From positions 24,153 to 88,152 of the IMG/VR virus record IMGVR_UViG_3300030104_004631: 64,000 nt of DNA. The stretch is one strand, 5' to 3'. A model generated the notes under the pieces. That model made no database searches. It saw only the letters and a list, made by a program, of their open reading frames with translations, and had not been told where the DNA came from. Source of the stretch: a virus. How positions within the stretch are numbered: the stretch's first letter is position 1; the number at the start of each line of letters is the position of its first letter. Below are positions 1 to 11,112 of the stretch, piece after piece. The position numbers and the translations under genes were made by a program.

Positions 1-2
1 CT

Positions 3-3000
3 GTAACTGGTACAACAATTACTGTTAATGTTGGTGCTGTTACTTCATCTCAGGTTGGATATCCAAGATCAACTGATCCTGCGTCTGGTAGTAACTTAGA
101 AATTGTTGCTGCTGATGCAACAACAATTACATTTAATGTTGGTAGTACAACAAATGTTCAAGCACATACATTTGTAAGTGCAACTTCTAATGGAATTACT
201 ACTGTTGGTCAATGTGCAAATGTTAAGAGTGCCATTGACACTCTAATTACAACCATTAACGACATTATTGCTCCTACTAGCAACGACTTTAATATTGGTG
301 CTGATAGATTATACTTTAATAGAGAATACATTAGTCAGGAAATTTCTGGTAGAACTGGTGCTCTTGGATTGCTTGGAACAGAACTTAACTATTCCATCCC
401 AAGTGGTACTTTCGCTGCTCTATCTTACGATATTACTAATTATAGAACTTATATTGAAGAGTTTATAATTGCTGCAATTTCAGATCTTCAAACAGGTGGT
501 AATAATAGTTCTATTGCTCAAATGGAAAAATTCTTGGATGCAACTAAGAAAATTACTCCTGTTGGTGATGAACTCTATGCATTCTTCTTTGCTCATGAAT
601 TAATAAAAACAGTAAGTGAAAAAGCAATTAAAAATTTACTCTATACAAATGGTGATAGTATATCTGGTGATCAATATGCAGCATCTCATACAAACATCGC
701 TGCATATAGAGATTCAGAATCTCCTACAGATATTAATGAAGTTTGGTATAGAATGCGAGATCTTATTGACTTTGGTTTAGATACTCTATTCCCAGGAGAT
801 GTTGAAGCACGTAGTGTAGTTAAAAATATTCTTTATAATAAGAATTACTATAAAGCAGAGATCGAATCTTTAGTCAATAGTCAATTTGGTGTTTCTTCTT
901 GGGCATACAATTCATTCATTGATGATGTTGTTAACAACGTTCAATATGATTACATCACTTCCAATACAGTTGACACACAGACAGCGTATTCTCTTGAATT
1001 TAGTTCATTGAGTGGTAGTTTTGTTGTTGGAGAAACTATTATTGGTGGAGCAACAACTGCTATTGTTTTATATGCTTCTGGATCTAGAATGGTTATTGGA
1101 ACTGTTACTGGAACATTATATTCAGCAGGAGATAGTTTATCTGCTCCTGTTTCTGGTGCTACTGCTACAATTGCTACTGGTGGTATTACTTCAGTACATG
1201 AATGGTATAACAATTACAGTAATGTAAAAACTATTGAAAATGCTAAAACTAGTATATCTTCTTTAATTCAAGGTTCTGTTAACAATACTAATCTTTGGGT
1301 CGCACCTGAACAGTTCGATCAAAATTGGACACCAACTCTGACCACAGTTACCGCTAATGCAGGTTACAGTCCAGACTCTACATTAACATCTGAAAAACTT
1401 GTAGTTACTGCAACTAATGGTGAACACAAGATTGAAAGAACTTATAATTTAACATCATTTGATACATTTGATACTGATACAATTAAATGGGATAATGGTT
1501 CAGAAACATTTGATACTGGTGCTAATCTTGCAACACAAACATACACATCTTCAATGTTTGTCAAAAAAGGAGAAGATGATAGAGTTAGATTTACAGTTCT
1601 TTTAGATACTGGTGCAGAATATGGACACTTTAGTGTCAATCTAACCACAGGTGTTGTTGGTAGTATATTCTCTACTTCTGGCGTAAATGTCTCTGCACAT
1701 GGATCTATCCCTCTTGGTGATGGATGGTATAGACTATTCATGACAATAGATATTGGATATGGATTTGGTTCTCTTAAAAATAGACTTAGTGTTCTTAGTA
1801 GTACTGGTTTATTGGATTATACTGGTGCTGGTGGAACTGGTGTATTTGTTTGGGGTGCCAAACTTACTACAAAATCACTTGGAACATATGTTTCTGTTCT
1901 TGGAACCGAATTCTATACAAATGCAGAGTATAATATTAAAACATTTGCATTAGATCTGTTAAGAGGTTATGTAAAACAAGCACTTAATGATACTTTGGTA
2001 AGTCCATCACCAGCCGCAGGTTTCTATAAATTCTATGATAGTGCTAGTGCTGCATATTATAATACTGATACAGCGATGGCATTTGTTGGGACTAGTTTGG
2101 ACATAGTTGCTGGACAACTAAAAGATACTGAACATTTCACTACAATTTCTGAAAATAATGGATTATCTACAATAACTAAAGTTTATGGTGACCGTGATAT
2201 TCCTGTTGGAATTAGTGGTGAGATAGTTCAATCTGATTATGCGTACTCTGTTACATTGGATGTTTCTGCAGAAATTCAACAACTCACTTTAAATGAAGCA
2301 AAGGTTGCTAAAGTTTATAAGAGATTTAGAATTGATGGAGTTATTACTGATGGTCCATTCACAATGAATGAAGTTGTCCAGAAGCAAGGTGATTCTGGAA
2401 TTACTGGTGTTGTATATGGTTTCCATGAAGATGCTAATTACAAGTATCTCGATGTTGCTGTAACTGCAGGAACATGGCAAGTTACAGACGTAATTCAAGG
2501 TGCAGCAAATACAACACTTGCTCAGATTAGTGCGATTGAAAGTAGACTGCATGTCATTGATGTTAAGGGTTCCTTTACTGAAAACATTTCATTCAAGGGA
2601 TATACAAGCACACAATCTGCAGACCCCGTTTCTTATACTACTAATGTTGCAGCAGTTCTTGATAATACTGGAGGAAGACTACAGGTAGATACAGCATCTC
2701 TTCTTGGATCTCTTGAAACAACATCTGTTGTTTATCCTAATTCATCTAGAGAATACTTGGATGTTAAGAAATATAATGGTCTTGATGTTCAAGTAGGGGA
2801 TAAAGTTGCTTCTATTGGTCATGTGAGATTGACTGTAAGTGTAGATGCTACTTTAAATACTTTCACTGTTGGTAACAGAATTTATCGCATTATTAATGGT
2901 GGTCAGGACACTAGTAATTATGGTATTATTACTGAATATGATTCAACCAATAATTACGTTTATTATGTTCCTGTTGAGGGAACAATAGGAAATGGTCACA

Positions 3001-4163
3001 CCATTGGTGATTATTCATCTACTAATGACACTTTAGTTGGACAAGCAACAGTTTCTGCTGCAACTACTATTGCTGGTGGAGGTTCTGCTCGTATTCAAGA
3101 AATTCGTGATGTTTCTCTTAACAAGAGATTATATCTCACAAATGTTAATGGAACCTTTAGTGCTAGAGATGGTCTCAGAGGTGGAGATAACTATAGATCC
3201 GCAGTTATTACTAGAAAAGAACTTAAAGCAAGGACTAAGAGATTCTTTAAAGGATTTGATGGAACTCAAACCATATTTAATTTGACTACCAGTAACGGTA
3301 CTCAATATCTCCCTGATCCTGATGGTCATATGATGATCTTTATAAATGGTATTTTACAACCTCCAGGAGCAGGAAATGCATATACAGCATTCTCTGATAA
3401 AATTCAATTTAGTGAAGCTCCTGAACTTGGTGCATCGTTTACAGGATTCTATCTTGGTAAATTAAGACAATTAGATGATATTGGATTTGAATTTGATTCC
3501 TTACGTCAATCATTTAACCTTAAGCGTAACGACATTTTCTACTCGCTTACACTCACTGATGGTGTTCAATCATCCACTATTCGACCAGAAAATAATATTA
3601 TTATTTCTGTTAATGGTGTTCTTCAGGAACCAGGTATTGGTTTTGAACTTGTTGGTTCTAGAATTATATTCTCTGAAGTTCCTCGTTTTGGATCAACATT
3701 TGTAGGATTCTCTTATGTTGGTTCTGAGGCAGACGTTGATGCAGACGTAGTTGTACCACCAGTTGAAGCGGGTGACTTTATTGATATTGAAGGTGAGGTA
3801 AGTGACCGTGAGGTTGCAGTTATAGAATCTTCAAACTCATTAATTACATTTGATTATCTTGGATCTGTCTTTGGACAAAATGCAAATGCTACTGCAGTCT
3901 TAACTAGTGGATTTATTGAAAGGGTTAGCGTAACATCTGGTGGATCTGGATATACCTCTAGACCTGTTGTAAGATTAGATTCTATTTCTGGATTTGAAGG
4001 TCAGGTGAAGGCACTTATTGGTATTGCTGGAGTCACGGTTACAAATGTTGGTTCTGGATATAAAAATCCTGAGGTTGATGTTGAAACTACGGTTCCTACA
4101 GATTGGACTCCACCAGATCTTTCACAGTATGGTGAAGAACTAATAGATCCAGAGATCCTATAA
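3..4163 (+). CDS. Large virion structural/baseplate-associated protein, 5'-truncated by the window
   Basis: Frame is open from position 3 (VTGTTITVNVG...), so the 369 start is artificial. Has a head-spike/CBM-like domain (TNLW..EQF..W...SPD...GDGWYR...VFVWGA) and repeated DG..T.F.L...INGILQ.P...I.FSE.P modules typical of cyanomyovirus structural proteins. Confidence 0.75.
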   Translation, partial: VTGTTITVNVGAVTSSQVGYPRSTDPASGSNLEIVAADATTITFNVGSTTNVQAHTFVSATSNGITTVGQCANVKSAIDTLITTINDIIAPTSNDFNIGADRLYFNREYISQEISGRTGALGLLGTELNYSIPSGTFAALSYDITNYRTYIEEFIIAAISDLQTGGNNSSIAQMEKFLDATKKITPVGDELYAFFFAHELIKTVSEKAIKNLLYTNGDSISGDQYAASHTNIAAYRDSESPTDINEVWYRMRDLIDFGLDTLFPGDVEARSVVKNILYNKNYYKAEIESLVNSQFGVSSWAYNSFIDDVVNNVQYDYITSNTVDTQTAYSLEFSSLSGSFVVGETIIGGATTAIVLYASGSRMVIGTVTGTLYSAGDSLSAPVSGATATIATGGITSVHEWYNNYSNVKTIENAKTSISSLIQGSVNNTNLWVAPEQFDQNWTPTLTTVTANAGYSPDSTLTSEKLVVTATNGEHKIERTYNLTSFDTFDTDTIKWDNGSETFDTGANLATQTYTSSMFVKKGEDDRVRFTVLLDTGAEYGHFSVNLTTGVVGSIFSTSGVNVSAHGSIPLGDGWYRLFMTIDIGYGFGSLKNRLSVLSSTGLLDYTGAGGTGVFVWGAKLTTKSLGTYVSVLGTEFYTNAEYNIKTFALDLLRGYVKQALNDTLVSPSPAAGFYKFYDSASAAYYNTDTAMAFVGTSLDIVAGQLKDTEHFTTISENNGLSTITKVYGDRDIPVGISGEIVQSDYAYSVTLDVSAEIQQLTLNEAKVAKVYKRFRIDGVITDGPFTMNEVVQKQGDSGITGVVYGFHEDANYKYLDVAVTAGTWQVTDVIQGAANTTLAQISAIESRLHVIDVKGSFTENISFKGYTSTQSADPVSYTTNVAAVLDNTGGRLQVDTASLLGSLETTSVVYPNSSREYLDVKKYNGLDVQVGDKVASIGHVRLTVSVDATLNTFTVGNRIYRIINGGQDTSNYGIITEYDSTNNYVYYVPVEGTIGNGHTIGDYSSTNDTLVGQATVSAATTIAGGGSARIQEIRDVSLNKRLYLTNVNGTFSARDGLRGGDNYRSAVITRKELKARTKRFFKGFDGTQTIFNLTTSNGTQYLPDPDGHMMIFINGILQPPGAGNAYTAFSDKIQFSEAPELGASFTGFYLGKLRQLDDIGFEFDSLRQSFNLKRNDIFYSLTLTDGVQSSTIRPENNIIISVNGVLQEPGIGFELVGSRIIFSEVPRFGSTFVGFSYVGSEADVDADVVVPPVEAGDFIDIEGEVSDREVAVIESSNSLITFDYLGSVFGQNANATAVLTSGFIERVSVTSGGSGYTSRPVVRLDSISGFEGQVKALIGIAGVTVTNVGSGYKNPEVDVETTVPTDWTPPDLSQYGEELIDPEIL

Positions 4164-4166
4164 ATA
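4159..4166 (+). promoter_or_regulatory. T4-like late promoter TATAAATA
   Basis: Exact TATAAATA about 20 nt upstream of ATG 4186; gp55 is in the window. Confidence 0.75.
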
Positions 4167-4185
4167 ACTAAAAAAGTAGTGAGTA

Positions 4186-5409
4186 ATGGCTAAACAATCC
4201 CTAAACATTGGTACTACAGCTAATGATAATACAGGTGATACGCTAAGAAGTGGTGGCGATAAAATTAATGATAATTTTAACGAACTTTACACTGCTCTTG
4301 GAAACAATACTGCGTTAAGTATATCTCTTTCTAATCCGTCTACGGGTCAGGTACTGAAATATAATGGTAGTTCTTTTGTTCCTGCTAATTTTAATGCATT
4401 AACTTCTGCATTGGATGTTTCAGGAAATAGTATTATTTCTGCTTCAAATGGAAATATTACACTTGCTCCTAATGGAACTGGAGATGTTCTTATCACTGCT
4501 GGAGGTGAAACTGCTACTTTTGACGGTGCTACTGGAGGTGTTAGTGTAGGATCAACTATTTCCTATAAAAACGAGTATACTGCTCTTGGTAATGCACCTG
4601 CAGCTACTAATACTGGTTATTTCTTTACGGTTGATGGTGATGATAATCCTTATGTAAATATTAATATCACTGCTGGTGGTGCTGGTGATGTAAGAGCAAA
4701 AATTATTACTGAATATTCTAGTGTTGGTCTACTAACAGATGTCGATATTACAACTGCTGCACCTACAGATGGACAAATTTTAAAGTGGAATGCTAGTGGA
4801 AGTAAATTTGTTCCTGGAGATGATAATGCAGGAGCAAGTTTACAGAATATATTTGCAACTGTTGCTGGTGATACTGGAACTACAACTGCTAACTCTACTA
4901 CAGATACACTAACTGTTGCAGGTGGTACTAACATTACTACTGCAGTTTCAGGAGATACAGTTACAGTTAATTTCAGTGGATCGTTAACTACAACTTTTGC
5001 TGCATTAACTGATACTGATGTACCTTCTATTACTCAGGGAGATTCTTTATACTGGAATGGAACTGATTGGGTTGTAACTCGCAGTCCGATGACTTGGTGG
5101 GAACTGAGTGCTGTTGGTGGGTCTCACTTTACATTTGATGGTCCTGGATTCTCTGCACCTACAGAAGATCCAACATTGTATGTTATGCGAGGCATGACAT
5201 ACGCATTTGATAACGGTGCAAATGGTACTAACCATCCATTTAGAATCCAAAGTACTCAGGGACTTTCTGGAACTCCATATACTACAGGTCAATCTGGTAG
5301 TGGAACAAGTATTCTTTATTGGACTGTTCCTATGGATTCTCCAAACACTCTTTATTATCAATGCACTGTTCATTCTCTTATGAACGGCACTATCAATATA
5401 TTAAACTAA
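4186..5409 (+). CDS. Baseplate wedge/tail fibre connector-like protein (gp9/gp10-type N-terminus) with C-terminal cupredoxin-like domain
   Basis: N-terminus KQ.LNIG...ND.TGDTLR.GG.KIN.NF.ELY is the T4 gp9/gp10 motif. C-terminus has HPF...YYQCTVHSLM. Confidence 0.7.
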   Translation: MAKQSLNIGTTANDNTGDTLRSGGDKINDNFNELYTALGNNTALSISLSNPSTGQVLKYNGSSFVPANFNALTSALDVSGNSIISASNGNITLAPNGTGDVLITAGGETATFDGATGGVSVGSTISYKNEYTALGNAPAATNTGYFFTVDGDDNPYVNINITAGGAGDVRAKIITEYSSVGLLTDVDITTAAPTDGQILKWNASGSKFVPGDDNAGASLQNIFATVAGDTGTTTANSTTDTLTVAGGTNITTAVSGDTVTVNFSGSLTTTFAALTDTDVPSITQGDSLYWNGTDWVVTRSPMTWWELSAVGGSHFTFDGPGFSAPTEDPTLYVMRGMTYAFDNGANGTNHPFRIQSTQGLSGTPYTTGQSGSGTSILYWTVPMDSPNTLYYQCTVHSLMNGTINILN

Positions 5410-5414
5410 TATAA

Positions 5415-8400
5415 ATGACTAGAACTGTTCCAGGTACAGGTGCTTCCATCAAACCAATTTTTGATGAGAATTTTGGAGTACGTGCAATACGAGTATTAGA
5501 AGGTGGATCGGGATATGATGCATCAAATCCACCACGATTAACTGTAACTGGTTGTGGAACACCAGATGCGGATGCATTATTGTATCCTATTATCGATTCT
5601 GATTCTGGACAAATTATTCATGTAAGAGTTCTTGAAAGAGGTCGTGGTTATGATCCTCTAAGATTACAGTTTTTTCCAGAACAAGAAACACCAAATGTTA
5701 TAAATTCCTTTGATGTTAATAGAATTTGGCAAGATCATCCAAACTCTTTAACTTCAGGAACCTTTAGTACAGATACAGATAGACTTCGCATACAATCTGA
5801 TAATCATCCTAAACCCACTTGGATCCAAGTAGAAGCAGCACCTAGTGGTGGTCCTTTAGTTGATAGATCATTTGATCAAACATTTATCTATCGTGGTGGT
5901 AAAGATGTACCTCATCCTACTATTAGAACAGAACAAGATAACAAAGTACTTGGCATTCTTGCTAACGGTGGTCTTTTACATACACCAGAATGGGGAACAA
6001 CAGGAAATGCACCAACTAACTTTGCTATTGATTCAGTAAAATATAATTATGTTAAAGGTAATAGTGTTTATGATACTGTAACTGAAGGAAATGTAAGATA
6101 TTATCATTCAAGTGAAACTCTTGATGAATTTAAACTTGAAAATGGTGTATTGGAATGGGGGAAATTCAAACAATTTACGTGGAATGTAAAGGTTGAAACT
6201 GGTAATGTTGCTATAGATGTAACAAACGTTGATGAAACTCTTGGTACTGTTGCTGTAGGTAGAACTATTGATGAAATTGGTGGTAATGCCTCTGGAGAAA
6301 TTTCTAAAGTAGTAAGAAATGGTAGTAATGTTGTAACTAGAATTTATTTGAGACAACTTACTGGGTCTTCTTTCTCTAAGAATGACTTATGTTTAGGTTC
6401 TACAGGATTTTCATTTAAAATTTCTGAGGATCCATATACTTTTAATGCATATTATATTGATTTTGGTACAGATGCAGCAAAATTTGGTACTTTTACACCA
6501 GGAACATTTTATTTTGCTCCAGAAAATATTATAGTAAAACAAAATTATCTGATTAAATTTAATCAATCAGATTCTACTAATAATAATCATCCAATCAGAT
6601 TTAGTACAACTGCTGACGGTACACATAACGATACTCCTGGAACTCTTTACTATACAAGTACTGGAGCATCTTCAGCACCAGCAACAGATTATGAAAGTGA
6701 ATATGCTCCCATATTCATGATGAATTCTGATGAAACAAATAGAATTTATTATTACTGTTTAAATCATCCAAATATGGCTGGTTCTTCTGGTGATGAAGGA
6801 TATATGATTATCAGTACAGATACTACTGCTGAGACATTAACCAATAATTATTATGTTGAAAATTATTATGGATCTGGTGGAACTTTAGATTATAGTCGTC
6901 ACACTGATGGACATTCTAAGATTATTGGTATGTCTTACGATGGATATCCCATCTATGGACCTTATGGATATAATTCTAGTGGTAATGCTGCAAGAGAAGT
7001 ATCTTCACATCGATTAAGAACTACTGCAGAACTTCCTGGTGCAAGACCTGTTGTAAATACGGTTGCTACAACTACCTATACTGTAACAGTTTCCAATGGT
7101 CAATTTTTATTTGATGGTTCTAGACCTAATTTCTTATCTTTAGGTAGAGGAAAGACTTTCATTTTTAATCAAGATAACGCTTCTAATGATGGTGAATTTT
7201 TACTCTTTTCAGAAACTGATGGTGGATGGCATCCTGCTAATAGCATTGGAACCACTTCATATTTGTATGAATTAGGTGTCACATATACATTAGATGGTTC
7301 TACAGTAACTTATGCTGCATATATCGCTGGATTTAACGCAGCAACTCAAAGAAGAATTCAAATTGTTGTTCCAGCAACAGCACCTGATGCTTTATACATT
7401 TTTGGATATCAAACTAGTGGTTTGGGATTAAGAACTGTTCAAAGTGGTTATATTTTAGGTGATTTAGTACAAGATTATATTTACGATTCTAGTGTTGGAA
7501 CTCTTGATGAATTTAATGGAAAGTTTGCGGTAACTCCAGACTATCCAAATGGTACATATGCATATTTTATGACAGAGGATGGCAGTGGAAATCCTGTTTA
7601 TCCATATGTCATTGGACGTAAATTTTACGGTACACCCTTATTTGAGGGAGATGCTGTTCCAGAAATCGTACAAGATTTCCCTGATGGTGCTGCTGGAGAC
7701 GTTGTACTTACAGATAGTGGTGCAGTATCTTATATCAAGATGAATAAGAATGGTGATAATTATTATAATACTACAAAAGCAAGAATTTTAGGCGGTGAAG
7801 GAACTGGTGCTACTGGAACATCTACAGTACAGACAATTACAGGTTTAACTTTATTAAATGCTGGTAGAAGTTATAGTAGTGCTCCTACAGTAGTTTTTGA
7901 AGGAGGAGGAGGTCAGGATGCTCAAGGATCTGCGAAAGTTGATACTACTGGAAAAGTTACTTCAATTAGTATTGCAGATCCTGGAGAATTCTATCAGGAA
8001 CCTCCCTTTGTTCTTTTGACTGGTGGAAATGGTATCGGAGCAAAAGCAGTTGCTACAATTGATCAGGGAGTGATTACAGGCATCACAGTAACTGATCAGG
8101 GTGAGGGTTATACTTCCCCACCAACTGTAATATTTACGAGATTGGTAAATCTCAAACGTAAGACTAGAGCTCGTCAGGCAAATAATGCTAAAAATATTTA
8201 CTTGACTGGTCTTACTAAAGATGTAACTACATCTGCTAGTGAAATTTATGTAAAAAATACTGGTGCTTTTCCTGGATCAGGTGAATTTATTTTAGACTAT
8301 GAAACTATTTCATATACTAGTAAAACCGATGAAAAATTTGCTGGTATTACTAGAGGTGTAAACTTTAATTATGATCAAAGAGTTATTCTTGATGATGGTC

Positions 8401-9539
8401 AAAATGACGACAGTGGTGTTTCTACATACAAATTCAATATTGGTGATCGAGTAATTCGTAGAGTTGAAAGTGCTAGTAATAAAATTGCTAAAGTTTATGA
8501 TTGGAATGCTAGTACTAGAGAACTGTTGTTAACATTTGAAATTGATGAATTAGCATTTATTGATGGTGGTATTCCATCTAGTGAAGAAGCTACAGTTCAA
8601 TTTGATGCTGGCGTTGCTGCTAGTGCAGGATCCACTGACTCTCCACATGTTATTCTTACCGTGGCGGGATCTTCAATTACAACCCTTACAGTCCCAATTT
8701 CAACTCTTCAAGATAAAGCATTCCAAGATATTGCGGAAAACGCTGGAGCAGGAGATGGTATACCTGATCTAGTCAATACAGCAACTGAGTATGAGAACCA
8801 AATTAGTTTGGATGGTGGTATTTACAATTCTCTTTATGGTATTGAAGAAACGCAAGGTGGAACAAATACTACATTATTACAAGTTGGTGATAGCGTTAAA
8901 GATGCTAATGTACCATTTAGATATGCAAATATTTCTATAGCAGGTGGTCTTAGTGAAGGAAGAGAGCACGTTGCTCTTGTTAATATAACATTGGATGCTA
9001 ATGATGGTAATGGTCAAAACTTCAGTGTTAACGAAGTTCTTACTGGAGATATATCTGGTGTCAGAGGAACAGTAGTTTCTTGGGATTCATCAACTAAAGT
9101 TCTTCAAGTAAAAGATGTTATTCCATTCAATACTGGTGATGTTAATGTTGGAGAATCTGGATTGTTATATAAATTTGCTGAAAATAGTACAATTGTTGAT
9201 GTTGTCGTACAAAATGCAGGAACAAACTATTCTGCAACACCGACAATGACATTTGAAGATGTTGGTGATATTAGAGCAACTGGAACGGTCACTATGACAA
9301 TTGCTGGCGACCAAGTTGAAGGAGTTACTATCACAAATGGTGGATATGGTTATGTGCAGAGTGTAGACAACTCATATAATCTACACCCATCACTCACCTT
9401 CACTAATGCTGGTGGAGATACAACTGGTTCTGGTGTTTTTGCATATGCAATTATGGGTGGTGAAAAGGTCTCTGGAAATAACGGAGCACAGTATAGAATT
9501 AAGAGCATTGAGTATTTATCAACCGTTCGTTCCAAATAG
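5415..9539 (+). CDS. Baseplate wedge initiator-like protein (gp7 position) with YHYH-like and cupredoxin-like domains
   Basis: Directly upstream of gp8. YHYH-family motifs HSKIIG.SYDGYPIYGPYG and LDEFNGKF.VTPDYPNGTYAYF; Gly-rich G.GY...P.V repeats. Confidence 0.65.
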   Translation: MTRTVPGTGASIKPIFDENFGVRAIRVLEGGSGYDASNPPRLTVTGCGTPDADALLYPIIDSDSGQIIHVRVLERGRGYDPLRLQFFPEQETPNVINSFDVNRIWQDHPNSLTSGTFSTDTDRLRIQSDNHPKPTWIQVEAAPSGGPLVDRSFDQTFIYRGGKDVPHPTIRTEQDNKVLGILANGGLLHTPEWGTTGNAPTNFAIDSVKYNYVKGNSVYDTVTEGNVRYYHSSETLDEFKLENGVLEWGKFKQFTWNVKVETGNVAIDVTNVDETLGTVAVGRTIDEIGGNASGEISKVVRNGSNVVTRIYLRQLTGSSFSKNDLCLGSTGFSFKISEDPYTFNAYYIDFGTDAAKFGTFTPGTFYFAPENIIVKQNYLIKFNQSDSTNNNHPIRFSTTADGTHNDTPGTLYYTSTGASSAPATDYESEYAPIFMMNSDETNRIYYYCLNHPNMAGSSGDEGYMIISTDTTAETLTNNYYVENYYGSGGTLDYSRHTDGHSKIIGMSYDGYPIYGPYGYNSSGNAAREVSSHRLRTTAELPGARPVVNTVATTTYTVTVSNGQFLFDGSRPNFLSLGRGKTFIFNQDNASNDGEFLLFSETDGGWHPANSIGTTSYLYELGVTYTLDGSTVTYAAYIAGFNAATQRRIQIVVPATAPDALYIFGYQTSGLGLRTVQSGYILGDLVQDYIYDSSVGTLDEFNGKFAVTPDYPNGTYAYFMTEDGSGNPVYPYVIGRKFYGTPLFEGDAVPEIVQDFPDGAAGDVVLTDSGAVSYIKMNKNGDNYYNTTKARILGGEGTGATGTSTVQTITGLTLLNAGRSYSSAPTVVFEGGGGQDAQGSAKVDTTGKVTSISIADPGEFYQEPPFVLLTGGNGIGAKAVATIDQGVITGITVTDQGEGYTSPPTVIFTRLVNLKRKTRARQANNAKNIYLTGLTKDVTTSASEIYVKNTGAFPGSGEFILDYETISYTSKTDEKFAGITRGVNFNYDQRVILDDGQNDDSGVSTYKFNIGDRVIRRVESASNKIAKVYDWNASTRELLLTFEIDELAFIDGGIPSSEEATVQFDAGVAASAGSTDSPHVILTVAGSSITTLTVPISTLQDKAFQDIAENAGAGDGIPDLVNTATEYENQISLDGGIYNSLYGIEETQGGTNTTLLQVGDSVKDANVPFRYANISIAGGLSEGREHVALVNITLDANDGNGQNFSVNEVLTGDISGVRGTVVSWDSSTKVLQVKDVIPFNTGDVNVGESGLLYKFAENSTIVDVVVQNAGTNYSATPTMTFEDVGDIRATGTVTMTIAGDQVEGVTITNGGYGYVQSVDNSYNLHPSLTFTNAGGDTTGSGVFAYAIMGGEKVSGNNGAQYRIKSIEYLSTVRSK

Positions 9540-9540
9540 A

Positions 9541-9548
9541 CATAAATA
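9541..9548 (+). promoter_or_regulatory. Late promoter CATAAATA
   Basis: Intergenic NATAAATA upstream of gp8. Confidence 0.65.
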
Positions 9549-9574
9549 AACAAGAGGACAATAGTACCTAGGAC

Positions 9575-11107
9575 ATGGCAGCCCTATTAACTGATCAATT
9601 TAGAATTTTCTCAGCGAGAAAATTCATCAAAGCACTTGAAGGACCAGATGCAACTCAAAGCGATTCTGCAGCAGGTTCTAATCGAGATAGACTTTATGTT
9701 TTTATTGGAAGATCCCAACCTTGGGACAATGAGAACGCACCCCCACAGGCAGTGGACTCATTTTCGGAGTTTTCTAACTCGTATGATGATATGATCTCTC
9801 TTAAGAGAGTTCTTGCTGCTGATACGGTTCAGGTTGTTCGTAGAATTGACTGGGTTTCTCCTGAAGAAACTACAGGTGGTTTGGGTTTTACTTATGACAT
9901 GTATCGTCATAACTATTCTCCAAGTAAAACTGCTGCTTCTGGTGCTACTAAATTATATGATGCAGACTTTTTTGTTGTGAATTCACAATATCAAGTATAT
10001 AAATGCATTTATAACGGTACCTCACCCTCTGATCCTAATGGTAAACCTTCTACAGTTGAGCCTACTGGCACCAGTACCTCTATTATTACTACTGGCGATG
10101 GATATCGTTGGAAGTATATGTACACCATCCCTGTTGCTTCAGTCCTTAAATTCTTCTCTAATGACTACATGCCAGTCTTTACCAATACTGCGGTAAAGAC
10201 TAATGCTGTTACTGGAGAAATCGATACTGTTGTTATAAACGCTGCTGGTTCTGGATATAATAACGGAACTTATGATAACGTTGCTATTAATGGTGATGGT
10301 ACTGGAGGACGTGTTTCTATCGTTGTTGACGGTGGTAAGATTACTTCTGCCACAGTGACATCTGGTGGTACAGGATACACGTTTGGTCAAATCAGTATCA
10401 ATGCTATCACTGGTATTGGAACTGGAACTAGTGGAGAAGTTGATGTTATTATTCCTCCTCCAGATGGACATGGATACGATTCAAGTATTGAACTTGGTGG
10501 TTTCCGTGTAATGATTAACGCTAAACTCTCATATGATGAGGGTGCAGGTGATTTCCCTATTGATAATGATTATCGTCGTATTGGATTAGTAACAAATCCA
10601 CTCAAGTTTGGTACATCAGAACTTCTTGCAGATTTGACAGTTTCTGCTACAAAAGCAGTTATTTTCTCTCCGACATTTCAAGGAAATTATGTTCCTGATG
10701 AAATTATTACTCAGACTAGAGTTGTTGGAGGTACTAACATTACTGCAAGAGCAAGAGTTATTTCTTGGAATGCAACAACTAAAGTTTTGAAATATTATCA
10801 GAACTCAGTTGATGGTATTTTCCCTGAAGTTACTGGTACACAAAATGAGTTTGATGGATCTAACGTTATAAGTGGAGCAACTTCAGGTGCATCTGGTCAA
10901 CCAGACGTAAACTTCCCTGCTGTTCCAAATTCCTCTTCTAGAACTATTAACAACACTGAATATGATTTGGGTATGAGATTTACTAGTGGATATGCAAAAG
11001 CAGAAATTGAACCAAACAGCGGTCAGGTTGTTTATATAGATAATAGGAGATCAATCAGTCGTGCAAACGACCAAGTAGAAGACATTAAAATCGTAATCGA
11101 GTTCTAA
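9575..11107 (+). CDS. gp8: Baseplate wedge subunit gp8
   Basis: YKC..N.......PS...P...DGYRWKYMY signature; LYVFIGR.QPW; synteny. Confidence 0.9.
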   Translation: MAALLTDQFRIFSARKFIKALEGPDATQSDSAAGSNRDRLYVFIGRSQPWDNENAPPQAVDSFSEFSNSYDDMISLKRVLAADTVQVVRRIDWVSPEETTGGLGFTYDMYRHNYSPSKTAASGATKLYDADFFVVNSQYQVYKCIYNGTSPSDPNGKPSTVEPTGTSTSIITTGDGYRWKYMYTIPVASVLKFFSNDYMPVFTNTAVKTNAVTGEIDTVVINAAGSGYNNGTYDNVAINGDGTGGRVSIVVDGGKITSATVTSGGTGYTFGQISINAITGIGTGTSGEVDVIIPPPDGHGYDSSIELGGFRVMINAKLSYDEGAGDFPIDNDYRRIGLVTNPLKFGTSELLADLTVSATKAVIFSPTFQGNYVPDEIITQTRVVGGTNITARARVISWNATTKVLKYYQNSVDGIFPEVTGTQNEFDGSNVISGATSGASGQPDVNFPAVPNSSSRTINNTEYDLGMRFTSGYAKAEIEPNSGQVVYIDNRRSISRANDQVEDIKIVIEF

Positions 11108-11112
11108 CCCGA

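Noticed and set aside
369-371. ORF-track start of the first gene
   Set aside because: The reading frame is open back to the window edge, so the true start lies upstream.
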